A DNA stretch of 25,687 nt, taken from a candidate division WOR-3 bacterium. GTDB lineage: Bacteria > Hydrothermota > Hydrothermia > LBFQ01. The notes below the pieces were generated by a model. That model did not search any database and was not told where the DNA came from. It was given only the letters and a program-made list of their open reading frames with translations. Numbering within the stretch: the stretch's first letter is position 1; each line of letters opens with the position of its first letter. The position numbers were made by a program, and so were the translations under genes. Shown here piece after piece: positions 18,215 through 25,687 of this stretch. The stretch covers positions 1-25,687 of the forward strand of contig JALUCS010000124.1 in the NCBI GenBank assembly GCA_027050205.1, in the 5' to 3' direction.

Positions 18215-18832
18215 GTGAAGGTCAAGGTACTGGGGATAAACGGCTCCGCCCGGACGGAGGGTTGGACGGTCTCCCTACTGAAGGAGGTACTTAGGTGGGC
18301 GGAAAAGGCGGGGGCCAAGAGCAAACTCCTCCACCTCGCCCTAACGCGGATGGAGTTCTGTACGGGTAGCTACAGCGAATCCCCGGAGCTGTGCAACCTT
18401 GAGGCCTGCGTAAGGAACAGGGACGCCTTCTCCTCCATCGTGTGGGACCTGTTGGAAGCCGACGCCGTCGTCTTCGCCACGCCGGTGTACTGGTACTCCC
18501 CCTCGGCCCTTCTGAAGGTCCTCCTTGAGAGGATGACCTCCCTTGAGAACATGGGTGCGTTTATGATGAGGGGGAAGGTGGGGGGTGTGGTGGTCGTGGG
18601 GGAGGAGGGGGGAGCCATGAACGTAGCCTCAACCCTGATGGCAACCCTGACGCATATGGGGTTCGCCATCCCCCCGATGGGGGCGGTCTATCTCCTGCGG
18701 CGGTGGGACGACACCCGCAAATCGGAGGCCTACGAGGACGCCCGTACCCTCGGTGCCAACCTCGTCAAGATGGCCAGGCTCCTCCGCTCCGACGACTGGG
18801 ACTGGGTCGACGGCTGGAGGAACTACACGTAA
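18215..18832 (+). CDS. Flavodoxin family / NADPH-dependent FMN reductase (iron-sulfur flavoprotein-like)
   Basis: LGINGSAR, ADAVVFATPVYW, KVLLER, GKVGGVVVVG motifs. Confidence 0.88.
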   Translation: MKVKVLGINGSARTEGWTVSLLKEVLRWAEKAGAKSKLLHLALTRMEFCTGSYSESPELCNLEACVRNRDAFSSIVWDLLEADAVVFATPVYWYSPSALLKVLLERMTSLENMGAFMMRGKVGGVVVVGEEGGAMNVASTLMATLTHMGFAIPPMGAVYLLRRWDDTRKSEAYEDARTLGANLVKMARLLRSDDWDWVDGWRNYT

Positions 18833-18860
18833 TCCGGAGGCACCTTTAAAATAGTGGCCT

Positions 18861-19406
18861 ATGCTTTTACTTCTCGTTTCGCAGCAGGTGGACGTGAAGA
18901 CTCTTACGGAGGGGAGGAAGCCCATCATAGGCAACGAGGACGCCCCCGTGGTGATAGTGATGTTTACGGATCCGGACTGTCCCTACTGCCGTGCCACCCA
19001 CCACAACCTCTTTGAGTTCGCCCAGAGCAGGCCCGACGTCGCCGTCTATCTCCGTTGGTTCCCCTTGAGGACGATCCATCCCAACTCCCAGTTGAAGGCG
19101 GAGGTCCTCGCCTGCACCCCCCGTAAGTACGTCCCAGAGGTCATAAGCATAATGGAGCAACACTCCGCCCGTGAACCGTTTGACTGGACGTGGATAGCCC
19201 GCTTTGACGAGAAGACCGTTCGGAGCATAAAGAAGTGCGTTGAGTCGGGTAAGGGGAAGAAGATAGTTGAGGAGGACTTCCGCCTCGGCTTCAAGCTGGG
19301 GGTACAGGGGACCCCTACCTTCTTCATAAACGGCAAGAAGCACGTCGGGGCTATGACGTCCCCGCAGATAGTGGAGAAGGTGGTGAGACAGTACACCGGC
19401 CAGTGA
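18861..19406 (+). CDS. DsbA/DsbC-like thioredoxin-fold oxidoreductase
   Basis: GNEDAPVVIVMFTDPDCPYC, FPLRTIHP, GVQGTPTFFING. Confidence 0.9.
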   Translation: MLLLLVSQQVDVKTLTEGRKPIIGNEDAPVVIVMFTDPDCPYCRATHHNLFEFAQSRPDVAVYLRWFPLRTIHPNSQLKAEVLACTPRKYVPEVISIMEQHSAREPFDWTWIARFDEKTVRSIKKCVESGKGKKIVEEDFRLGFKLGVQGTPTFFINGKKHVGAMTSPQIVEKVVRQYTGQ

Positions 19407-20327
19407 TCAGGGGAGGACGGTAGGGACCTCGGACAGTGTTACGGGCGAATAGCCCCGGTCGGCGAGGAATGAGAGGGTGTCAGTGAGGTTCCTCCTGACG
19501 AGGTCAGAGTCGTAAGGACTCATCCCCGGCACCAGCTCCACGTTGTGAAACATCATCACGAGGACCACCCTCTCCCCCATTACCTCCTCCATCTTCCGGG
19601 TTAGCCACGCTACGTCCTCTAAACCCGACACCGTTGGCCTCAACCAGACCGTCCCGAACCTCCTCCTCAACCACCTCCTCACCCTCCGGATGGGGAACCT
19701 TGAGGCGAAGCGGTAGAGGTACCTGTTCCTCGGATAGACGGTTATGGGGACCTCGTAGATGTCCAGCTCTCCGGGGGTGTAGGGGTCGGCTCTGGAGGGT
19801 CGGTAGGGATAGACTGGGGACCGCCTGTGGTCTACGCCGGATACTACGGAGAAGGGGGTAAAGGAGGAGTCTGTCCGGTACCCCAACCTCTCAAGGTACA
19901 GGAGGGTGCGGAGGGAGGCGGCGAACCTCCCCGCCCTGTAGGACAGGGGACGGTGGCCGAAGGTCTCCGTAAAGAGGCGGGTAAGGTTCCGGAGCTTGGC
20001 CCACTCCACATCGGGGGGGTAGTCCGTGGCCCTCTCCGACGTTATCTCCGGCTCTGGCCTCCGGCCCGGCTCTATGAACTCGCCGTGGAGGTGGGTACCC
20101 AGCTCCGCCCCCGCCCTGCCAGTGTCCTTGAGGAGGGAGACGCTCCTACTGTCCTCCATCACCTCCGGGCTGATTAAGTAGGTTGCCCGGAAGCCGTACC
20201 GCTCCAATAGGGGCTGGAGGACCTCCCCTATACCCTCGTACACCCCCCTGAAGCTAAGGGGGTACCTGACCCTCCACCCCGGCCCCTTATCGCACTCCGT
20301 ATCCACCGTGATGGCCAGGAGCTTCAC
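19407..20327 (-). CDS. Polysaccharide deacetylase family protein (WalW-like)
   Basis: ITVDTE, ELGTHLH, SYRAGRF, DSS, EVPIT, MFHN motifs; GTGA overlap with topA. Confidence 0.82.
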   Translation of the reverse strand: MKLLAITVDTECDKGPGWRVRYPLSFRGVYEGIGEVLQPLLERYGFRATYLISPEVMEDSRSVSLLKDTGRAGAELGTHLHGEFIEPGRRPEPEITSERATDYPPDVEWAKLRNLTRLFTETFGHRPLSYRAGRFAASLRTLLYLERLGYRTDSSFTPFSVVSGVDHRRSPVYPYRPSRADPYTPGELDIYEVPITVYPRNRYLYRFASRFPIRRVRRWLRRRFGTVWLRPTVSGLEDVAWLTRKMEEVMGERVVLVMMFHNVELVPGMSPYDSDLVRRNLTDTLSFLADRGYSPVTLSEVPTVLP

Positions 20328-22030
20328 TCTCCCTTCGCCTTCTCCAGTTTGGGCTTGAGGTTCCCGTAGAACTCCCTTATGAGGTGGGAGTAGCTCTCCT
20401 CCCCCTCCTCTATGCGGTCCAGTTTCTCCTCCATCTTCGCCGTGAAGTCGTACTCAAATATGTCCGGGAAGTCCTTGAGGAGTTCGTCCAGGACCTGCTC
20501 CCCCCTCTCCGTCGGGGCGAGGGCCTTACCGCGGCGGTAGATGTACTTCCGCCTGAAGAGGGTTGAGATTATGGTGGCGTAGGTGGACGGACGCCCTATT
20601 CCGAGTTTCTCCAGGGTCTCCACGAGGCTGGCCTGGGTGTACCTCGGCGGGGGTTTGGTCTCGTCCCTCACCAGTTCCAGCTTCTCCGCCTTCAGGACGT
20701 CCCCCTCCTTGAGGTCGGGTATCTCCTCCCCCTCCTTGAGGTTGTAGGGCCACACCCTGGACCACCCGTCAAAGGTTATCTTCCTCCCCTCCGCCTTGAA
20801 CTTCACTCCGTCGGCCTCAAGTATCACCTCCCGCCTCTCGTACCGCAGCGGGGCCATCTGACTGGCTACGGCCCTCCTCCAGATGATGTCGTACAGTTTA
20901 ACGAGATCCTCGTCTATCTTACCTTTAAGGGATTCGGGGGTTATGTCGGGGTAGGTGGGCCTTATGGCCTCGTGCGCTCCCTGTACGTTCCCCCTATCCC
21001 GGCCGTAGGGTCTCCCCCTCGCCGGCAGGTACTCCTCCGGGAAGTTCTCCTTTACGTACTTCCGCAGGAGGTTTATCCCCTTCCGGGAGAGGCGGGTTGA
21101 GTCCGTCCTGTGGTAGGTTATGAGGCCCACCCTCTTTCCGTCTATCTCCACCCCCTCAAAGAGCTTCTGGGCGAGCTGCATGGTCTTCTCCGCCGAGAAT
21201 CCGAGGACGCTGTTGGCCACCTGCTGGAGGGTTGAGGTCTTGAGGGGAGGAGGGGGGGACTTCTTCTCCTCCTTCCGGACGTACTTCACTACGGTGAAGG
21301 ACCTGCCCTTGAGCCTCTCGTAGGTCTCCTTCGCCTTCCCCTCGTCCTTGAACTCCTTAACGGTCCGGGCTACGAAGCCCGCCTCCATGTGGGCGTAGAT
21401 GTGCCAGAAGGGTTGGGGTTTGAATGCCCTTATCTCCCTCTCCCTCTCAACTATGAGGCGGAGGGCGGCCGTCTGTACCCTCCCGGCGGAGAGTCCCCAC
21501 CCCTTTACCTTCTTCCAGAGGATGGGGCTGATGAGGTACCCGACGAGCCGGTCTAAGACCCGGCGGGCCTTCTGGGCCTCCACCTTCCTCTCGTCTATCT
21601 CCGTCGGGTTCTCCACGGCCTCCCGGACGGCCTCCGGGGTTATCTCGTAGAAGAGGACCCGCTTTATGGGTTTCTTCAGCCTCTTCAGCTCCTCGGCGAG
21701 GTGGTGGGCTATGGCCTCACCTTCGCGGTCGGGGTCGCTCCCTATCAGGATGTACTCGCTCTCCTTGGCGACCTTCTTTATGAAGGCGAGGGTCTTACCC
21801 TTCCCCCGGATCAGCTCGTACTTCGGCTCAAAGGTCTCCAGATCCACCCCCAGCTCCTTCGGGGGGAGGTCCTTTATGTGGCCTTTGCTGGCGAGGACGA
21901 CGAACCTGCCGTGGAGGTACTGGGCGAGGGTGCGGGCTTTGGTCGGAGACTCCACCAACAGGAGGGGTTTCTTCTTCCCCTCCTTCTCCGCGCTTCCCTT
22001 CCGTTTCTTCCTTCCCTTACCTTTCGTCAT
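20324..22030 (-). CDS. topA: Type IA DNA topoisomerase I, without C-terminal zinc ribbons
   Basis: VESPTKA, GHIKDLP, DPDREGEAI, SAGRVQ, ITYHRTDS (catalytic Tyr), AHEAIRPT, GIGRPSTY. Confidence 0.96.
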   Translation of the reverse strand: MTKGKGRKKRKGSAEKEGKKKPLLLVESPTKARTLAQYLHGRFVVLASKGHIKDLPPKELGVDLETFEPKYELIRGKGKTLAFIKKVAKESEYILIGSDPDREGEAIAHHLAEELKRLKKPIKRVLFYEITPEAVREAVENPTEIDERKVEAQKARRVLDRLVGYLISPILWKKVKGWGLSAGRVQTAALRLIVEREREIRAFKPQPFWHIYAHMEAGFVARTVKEFKDEGKAKETYERLKGRSFTVVKYVRKEEKKSPPPPLKTSTLQQVANSVLGFSAEKTMQLAQKLFEGVEIDGKRVGLITYHRTDSTRLSRKGINLLRKYVKENFPEEYLPARGRPYGRDRGNVQGAHEAIRPTYPDITPESLKGKIDEDLVKLYDIIWRRAVASQMAPLRYERREVILEADGVKFKAEGRKITFDGWSRVWPYNLKEGEEIPDLKEGDVLKAEKLELVRDETKPPPRYTQASLVETLEKLGIGRPSTYATIISTLFRRKYIYRRGKALAPTERGEQVLDELLKDFPDIFEYDFTAKMEEKLDRIEEGEESYSHLIREFYGNLKPKLEKAKGE

Positions 22031-22133
22031 CCCAACCTTCCCCCTTGAAGAGGATCATATACATACTCCAGACGAACATCGCCGTCACGACACCCCACGA
22101 GAAGAGCATCATCAACAGGGCGTCAAGGCTCAT
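22017..22133 (-). CDS. 38-aa single-TM small protein (MetS-like small membrane peptide)
   Basis: Manual translation MSLDALLMMLFSWGVVTAMFVWSMYMILFKGEGWDDER*; TATAAT 9 nt upstream (22143-22148); overlaps topA start by 14 nt. Confidence 0.7.
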   Translation of the reverse strand: MSLDALLMMLFSWGVVTAMFVWSMYMILFKGEGWDDER

Positions 22134-22196
22134 AAGAGGGGGATTATAGCCCCGTTGAACGGGCGACTTCGGGCTTACGGGAGTAAAATAGCCACT

Positions 22197-22994
22197 ATGC
22201 TTGAGGAGTATAGGGACATCCTCGCCTTGTACGAAGAGTTCGCCCTCAAGGAGCTGAAGCCCAGGGTGTTGGATCTCGACTCCCCCGATACCTCGGAGGC
22301 CGTTATGGAGAGCTTGGCCGAGATGGGGGCGGTTTCCGACGAGATGAACTCCCTCCCCTTACCCGTCAGGGTGGCCGCCGTCGTCAGGTTGGCCGAGGGC
22401 GAAGGGGCGATAGGCCTTCGGGTGGGCGTCTCCCTCGCTATGTTGGAAGCGGGACTGGAGGGCTATATACCCGCCTACGAGGGGAAGTTGGCGATGGGGA
22501 AGGATAGGGTCTATTACGGTGGTAAGGTCGGAATATTGGAGGGGGAGGAGGTGCAGACGGTGGGTTTGAGGGGAATACGGTGGTACCGCGGGGAGTTCGT
22601 CCCCCAGAGCGACACCCTTGGCAGGCCGGAGGAGAGGCTCCTCCTCTACCACCTCGCCGCGGCCGTCGGGGTGGGGTTGGCGGCCTACGGGGACGCCCTA
22701 TCTTACGCCAAGGAGAGGAAGGCCTTCGGGAAACCCATATACGAGTACGAGGAGATAAGGCGGTTCCTGAACGAGGGGTACGCCAAGCTCAAGGCGGCCG
22801 AAGCTCTACTGCTGACGGAAGGGACGGACCTCAAAGCGGCCGTCTGGCCGGTGGTGGAGGCCGCCACCTTTATGACGGAGAAGGCCACCCAGATATTCGG
22901 GGGGTACGGATACATAAACGAGTACGCCGTATCCAAGTACATGCGGGACGTCAGGATGCTCCGTTCCCTCGTCGTAAGGGAAGCCTACGTCTGA
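22197..22994 (+). CDS. Shortened acyl-CoA dehydrogenase family protein
   Basis: YAKERKAFGKPI, ATQIFGGYGYINEY, KYMRD C-terminal motifs. Start at ATG 22197 after TAAAAT; the track's 21666 start is antisense to topA. Confidence 0.8.
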   Translation: MLEEYRDILALYEEFALKELKPRVLDLDSPDTSEAVMESLAEMGAVSDEMNSLPLPVRVAAVVRLAEGEGAIGLRVGVSLAMLEAGLEGYIPAYEGKLAMGKDRVYYGGKVGILEGEEVQTVGLRGIRWYRGEFVPQSDTLGRPEERLLLYHLAAAVGVGLAAYGDALSYAKERKAFGKPIYEYEEIRRFLNEGYAKLKAAEALLLTEGTDLKAAVWPVVEAATFMTEKATQIFGGYGYINEYAVSKYMRDVRMLRSLVVREAYV

Positions 22995-22997
22995 CCC

Positions 22998-23900
22998 GTG
23001 GCCTCCCGAAAGCTCCTCGTCCTCTCCGTCCTCGCCTTTGCCGTACTCTTTGAGCTGGTAGCCGGGAGGGTGTTCTCCCTCCACATCCTCCTCCTGCGGG
23101 GAATAAGGGTCCTCCTCGGCCTCGTCGCCGGTATGGTCCTCGGCAGCACCGGGGCCGCCCTCCAGAGGGTCTACAACAACCCCCTCGCCGACGGGTACAT
23201 CCTCGGCATATCCGGGGGAGCCGTCTTCGGTGTGGCTTTGGCCGAGATAACCCGGATGCCGCAGTTGGACTTCCTCTGGGCCTTACTCGGCTCCGCCCTC
23301 GTCGGCATCCTCCTCGTAGCCGCCGTACGGAGGACGTCCCGCCTCCTCGTACCGGTGATGGGGATAGGTCTGGGTATGTTCTTCTCCTCCGTCGCCATCC
23401 TCCTGTTTATGATGGCGGGGGTGGAGGCCTCCCGCACCTTCTACGCCCTATGGGGGACCCTCGGAAGGTTCTACGAGTACGGAGACCTCCCCCTTATCCT
23501 CCTCCTGTCCGTCGTCTCCGCCGTAGGGTTGGCATACCTGTCCCTCTACGACAGGGAGATGGACGCCGTCTCCCTCGGTGAAGTAGAGGCTCTCGCTCTC
23601 GGATACGACCCCCGCATCGCCGTCCTAAGGGCGACCGTCGTCAGCGCCGTATTAGTGGCCTTCGTGACCGCCTTCGTCGGGGTCATAGGCTTCGTCGGGA
23701 TAATGTCCGCCCACATCCTCCGGGGCCTCGGCATAAGGGAGGGGAAGGCCTTCTACCTCCTCTCCGGCGTGGTGGGAAGCTCCCTCGTCCTACTCTCCGA
23801 CGGGACCGGTCGCCTCTTCCTCGGCATAGACCCGCCGGTCGGCATAATAATGAGCATCCTGGGGGCGCCGTTCTTCGTCTATCTTACGACCGAAAGGTAG
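22998..23900 (+). CDS. FecCD/BtuC family ABC transporter permease (iron chelate, heme or cobalamin)
   Basis: GAALQRVYNNPLADGYILGISGGA, LGEVEALALG, GVIGFVG, PVGIIMSILGAPFF. Confidence 0.9.
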   Translation: MASRKLLVLSVLAFAVLFELVAGRVFSLHILLLRGIRVLLGLVAGMVLGSTGAALQRVYNNPLADGYILGISGGAVFGVALAEITRMPQLDFLWALLGSALVGILLVAAVRRTSRLLVPVMGIGLGMFFSSVAILLFMMAGVEASRTFYALWGTLGRFYEYGDLPLILLLSVVSAVGLAYLSLYDREMDAVSLGEVEALALGYDPRIAVLRATVVSAVLVAFVTAFVGVIGFVGIMSAHILRGLGIREGKAFYLLSGVVGSSLVLLSDGTGRLFLGIDPPVGIIMSILGAPFFVYLTTER

Positions 23901-23928
23901 CCCCCGGACTCCCTTATACTAACGGCCT

Positions 23929-25176
23929 ATGCGTAGATTTCTTGGTATAGGGATTTTATCCGTCCTGATAACCGGAGGGGCTATCCTACTGGCCCAGGGA
24001 GAGCCGAAACCCCAGTCTGCCAGCGAGTCTCTGGAGTCGGAGATGCCCCAACCTCAACCCCAGGAGACCCCACCGGAAACTCCCCCACCGCAGGGGGAAG
24101 AGGCCCAACCCGCCCAGGGAGGAGAGCAACAGGCCGAGGGGAAGAAGGGTGGTCTGCCGGAGTTCAAGGCGGGTCCTTACACCTACGAGCTACCCCCCAA
24201 GAGCCTTGACAAGTACTATCCCCCCATAGCCAAGAGGGCGAAGGTCTATCCGGCCTATATGGATACCCTTGGCCGTCGCTTCTACGACCTCATCGTAGAC
24301 CTCGGTGCCATAAATATCCATAAAGAGGACGCCGAAGTTTCCTACTTCCTGTTCAAGGATTATTACGAGTTCATCGCCGACCTCGTACCCGAATGGAAAG
24401 ATCGCTTCCTCTTAGACGACGTTAAGGAGCTGGGTAAGGAGCTGGGCTTCATAAAGGACTCCACGGATACCACGAAGGCGGAGAAGGCCGAAGGTAAGGG
24501 GAAGCCAAAACCCATAGGGGAATCCCCGAAGATAAGCGAAAGGGCGAAGGCCCTCATCAAGAAGATAGAGTACTCCTGCAGGGCCTGCCATATAACGGAG
24601 ATACCGAGGGTGTATGCCCGGTACTACTGGCACACGCGGGACCTACGGATGAACATGGCTACCTTCATGGTACGGGACCCCATCACCCGCCGGAAGATGA
24701 GGTACAGGATATTCAAGAGGGAGCTTCAGAGGGACCTCTACACCATCCTCCGCAGCATAGACAAAGGCTCCCGTATGCAGCTCCGTAAGAGCGTCCAGAG
24801 GTTCGTGAAGAGGTTCAACTACAACCAGAGCCTCTGCACCAAATGCCACGAGACGGATCCCTATCTCTTTACCACCCCTACCATAGCCGAGTTGGTGAGC
24901 GATTTGGACAAGGAGGCCCACAAGAGGGTACCCAGCAAGAAGATCCTCCGTCAGGTCTTGTCCTCCCTCTACGTGGAGAACTGCAAGGCCTGCCACAGGG
25001 TGCATCTGCCGACCACCTACGTACAGAGGTGGTGGTACGGTGAGTTTGACGAGGTTCCGGAGGTTCCGGCGGCTAAGAGCGAGAGTCAGAAGCCAACCGC
25101 GAGTGAAACCCCAGCCCAACCCGATACCACGGCCCAACCCCAACCCGAAGAGCAGGGAGGAGGGCAAACCAAGTAG
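23929..25176 (+). CDS. Exported triheme cytochrome c with P/Q/E-rich termini
   Basis: Signal peptide, CRACH, CTKCH, CKACH; TATACT 8 nt before the ATG. Confidence 0.85.
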   Translation: MRRFLGIGILSVLITGGAILLAQGEPKPQSASESLESEMPQPQPQETPPETPPPQGEEAQPAQGGEQQAEGKKGGLPEFKAGPYTYELPPKSLDKYYPPIAKRAKVYPAYMDTLGRRFYDLIVDLGAINIHKEDAEVSYFLFKDYYEFIADLVPEWKDRFLLDDVKELGKELGFIKDSTDTTKAEKAEGKGKPKPIGESPKISERAKALIKKIEYSCRACHITEIPRVYARYYWHTRDLRMNMATFMVRDPITRRKMRYRIFKRELQRDLYTILRSIDKGSRMQLRKSVQRFVKRFNYNQSLCTKCHETDPYLFTTPTIAELVSDLDKEAHKRVPSKKILRQVLSSLYVENCKACHRVHLPTTYVQRWWYGEFDEVPEVPAAKSESQKPTASETPAQPDTTAQPQPEEQGGGQTK

Positions 25177-25193
25177 CTTCGGGCAAGGGGAGC

Positions 25194-25484
25194 ATGCTCG
25201 GTATCCTCATCGTTGAGGTGCATTTACCTTTTGTGAGGTCGCTGAAGGAGAAGCGGAAGTACATCCATCGCCTTAGGGCCATATCGCGGGAGTTCAACGC
25301 CGCCTTCTCCGAGATAGACAACCACGACAAGTGGCAGCTGGCCACCGTCGTATACGTCCTCGTCGCCAACGGCTCCCAATACTTAGACTCCGCCCTTGAG
25401 AGGATCTTGGACAGGATAGACGAGAGGTACGAGATCCTCGGCATAAAGAAGAGCATAGAGCCGATAAGCATAGACATCCTGTGA
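25194..25484 (+). CDS. DUF503 (YlxP-like) protein
   Basis: LPFVRSLKEKR, FNAAFSEIDNHDKWQ motifs, 96 aa. Confidence 0.88.
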   Translation: MLGILIVEVHLPFVRSLKEKRKYIHRLRAISREFNAAFSEIDNHDKWQLATVVYVLVANGSQYLDSALERILDRIDERYEILGIKKSIEPISIDIL

Positions 25485-25687
25485 GCGTCAGGGAGGCCAT
25501 AAAGGAGATAGCCCGTCTCCGGACGGAGAGGAAGGAGTACGACCTCTCCACCCTCAACGTTGGGGAGATATACGACCTCTCCGTAGATGGGAACATCGCT
25601 GCCCTCCTTCTCCTCAAAAGGCCGGAGGTGAAGGAGAAGGTCCTACTCCTGGCGGAGTGGTGGGCGGAGGCCCTGCGGGGCGGGGGG
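25481..25687 (+). CDS. murQ: Partial gene, probably N-acetylmuramic acid 6-phosphate etherase-like SIS protein
   Basis: Manual translation from GTG 25481 (GTGA overlap): ..LRTERKEYDLSTLNVGEIYDL..AEALRGGG, resembling the MurQ N-terminus; the diagnostic GAGTSGR would lie beyond the edge. Confidence 0.5.
   Translation, partial: MSVREAIKEIARLRTERKEYDLSTLNVGEIYDLSVDGNIAALLLLKRPEVKEKVLLLAEWWAEALRGGG

Noticed and set aside
21666..22196. 177-aa N-terminal extension of the acyl-CoA dehydrogenase
   Set aside because: Antisense to topA and the small peptide; TAAAAT at 22184 supports ATG 22197.
23990..24150. Low-complexity CCC/CAG-rich tract as a DNA repeat element
   Set aside because: Explained by the P/Q/E-rich protein linker; no exact periodicity.

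Overview
A compact, GC-rich (roughly 60% by eye) chromosomal segment from a probably thermophilic, diderm bacterium (lgt, lipoproteins, predicted beta-barrel proteins, E/K/R-rich proteins); the taxon cannot be fixed from the sequence. Left to right: a lower-GC minus-strand pentapeptide-repeat gene with 144-bp mosaic repeats, missed by the ORF track and running off the edge; a putative beta-barrel gene, rsmH and a probable ftsL; lgt; phoH and a 7TM-HD hydrolase; tRNA-Leu(GAG); speD and a GT2 glycosyltransferase that apparently starts at ATA; an AI-2E transporter; and a barrel/PEGA/TPR protein. Next is the most interesting part, a ~6.7 kb tightly coupled operon (11443-18175): YceI-like protein, 4-His membrane protein, diheme cytochrome c lipoprotein, DUF2231-like protein, the poly-gamma-glutamate genes pgsB-pgsC-pgsW, and a highly basic predicted outer-membrane barrel that is a candidate polymer exit channel. 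After it come a flavodoxin-like protein, a DsbA-like protein, a polysaccharide deacetylase, topA with an unannotated 38-aa upstream membrane peptide, a shortened acyl-CoA dehydrogenase, a FecCD permease, a triheme cytochrome c, DUF503 and a partial murQ-like gene. Window-wide patterns: -10 boxes 6-9 nt before start codons (apparent leaderless mRNAs), very short signal peptides on predicted exported proteins, and apparent TCGA avoidance. All family calls come from motif recognition by eye; no searches were run.
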